Positions 1 to 21,531 of a stretch of 21,531 bases of DNA are shown in pieces. Made by a program: the position numbers and the translations under genes. The stretch lies in contig JBDTZG010000077.1 of NCBI GenBank assembly GCA_040005235.1, forward strand, positions 1 to 21,531. Direction: 5' to 3'. The DNA comes from Acidobacteriota bacterium. GTDB taxonomy: Bacteria; Acidobacteriota; Thermoanaerobaculia; Multivoradales; UBA5704. Within the stretch, counting starts at the first letter, position 1, and every line of letters starts with the position of its first letter. The notes under the pieces were generated by a model. That model saw only the letters and a program-made list of their open reading frames with translations. It had not been told where the DNA came from and did not search any database.

Positions 1-21531
<21,531 letters not shown>

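Overview
The whole 21.5 kb window is the interior of one very large, GC-rich bacterial non-ribosomal peptide synthetase (NRPS) gene on the minus strand. Codons occupy +strand triplets starting at positions divisible by 3, giving about 7,176 codons with no start or stop inside the window, which is why the supplied ORF track misses it. Reading N- to C-terminal (high to low coordinate), my manual translation gives nine modules: [A1(Ala)-T1]-[C2-T2]-[C3-T3]-[C4-A4(Ala-like)-T4]-[C5-T5]-[C6-T6]-[C7-A7(Ser)-T7-sulfotransferase]-[C8-A8(Ala-like)-T8]-[C9-A9(Lys2/McyE-like, acidic substrate)...]. Three things are unusual. (1) Four modules lack an A domain but keep intact C and T catalytic motifs, arranged as a repeating (C-A-T)(C-T)(C-T) triad. 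(2) A CurM/Ols-type PAPS sulfotransferase is embedded mid-assembly-line directly after a serine module with an atypical carrier protein, and is followed by a C domain rather than a thioesterase. (3) The last A domain resembles the alpha-aminoadipate reductase (Lys2) type. No epimerase, methyltransferase, TE, RNA gene, mobile element or intergenic DNA was seen. Domain boundaries are approximate; motif coordinates were read from the sequence.
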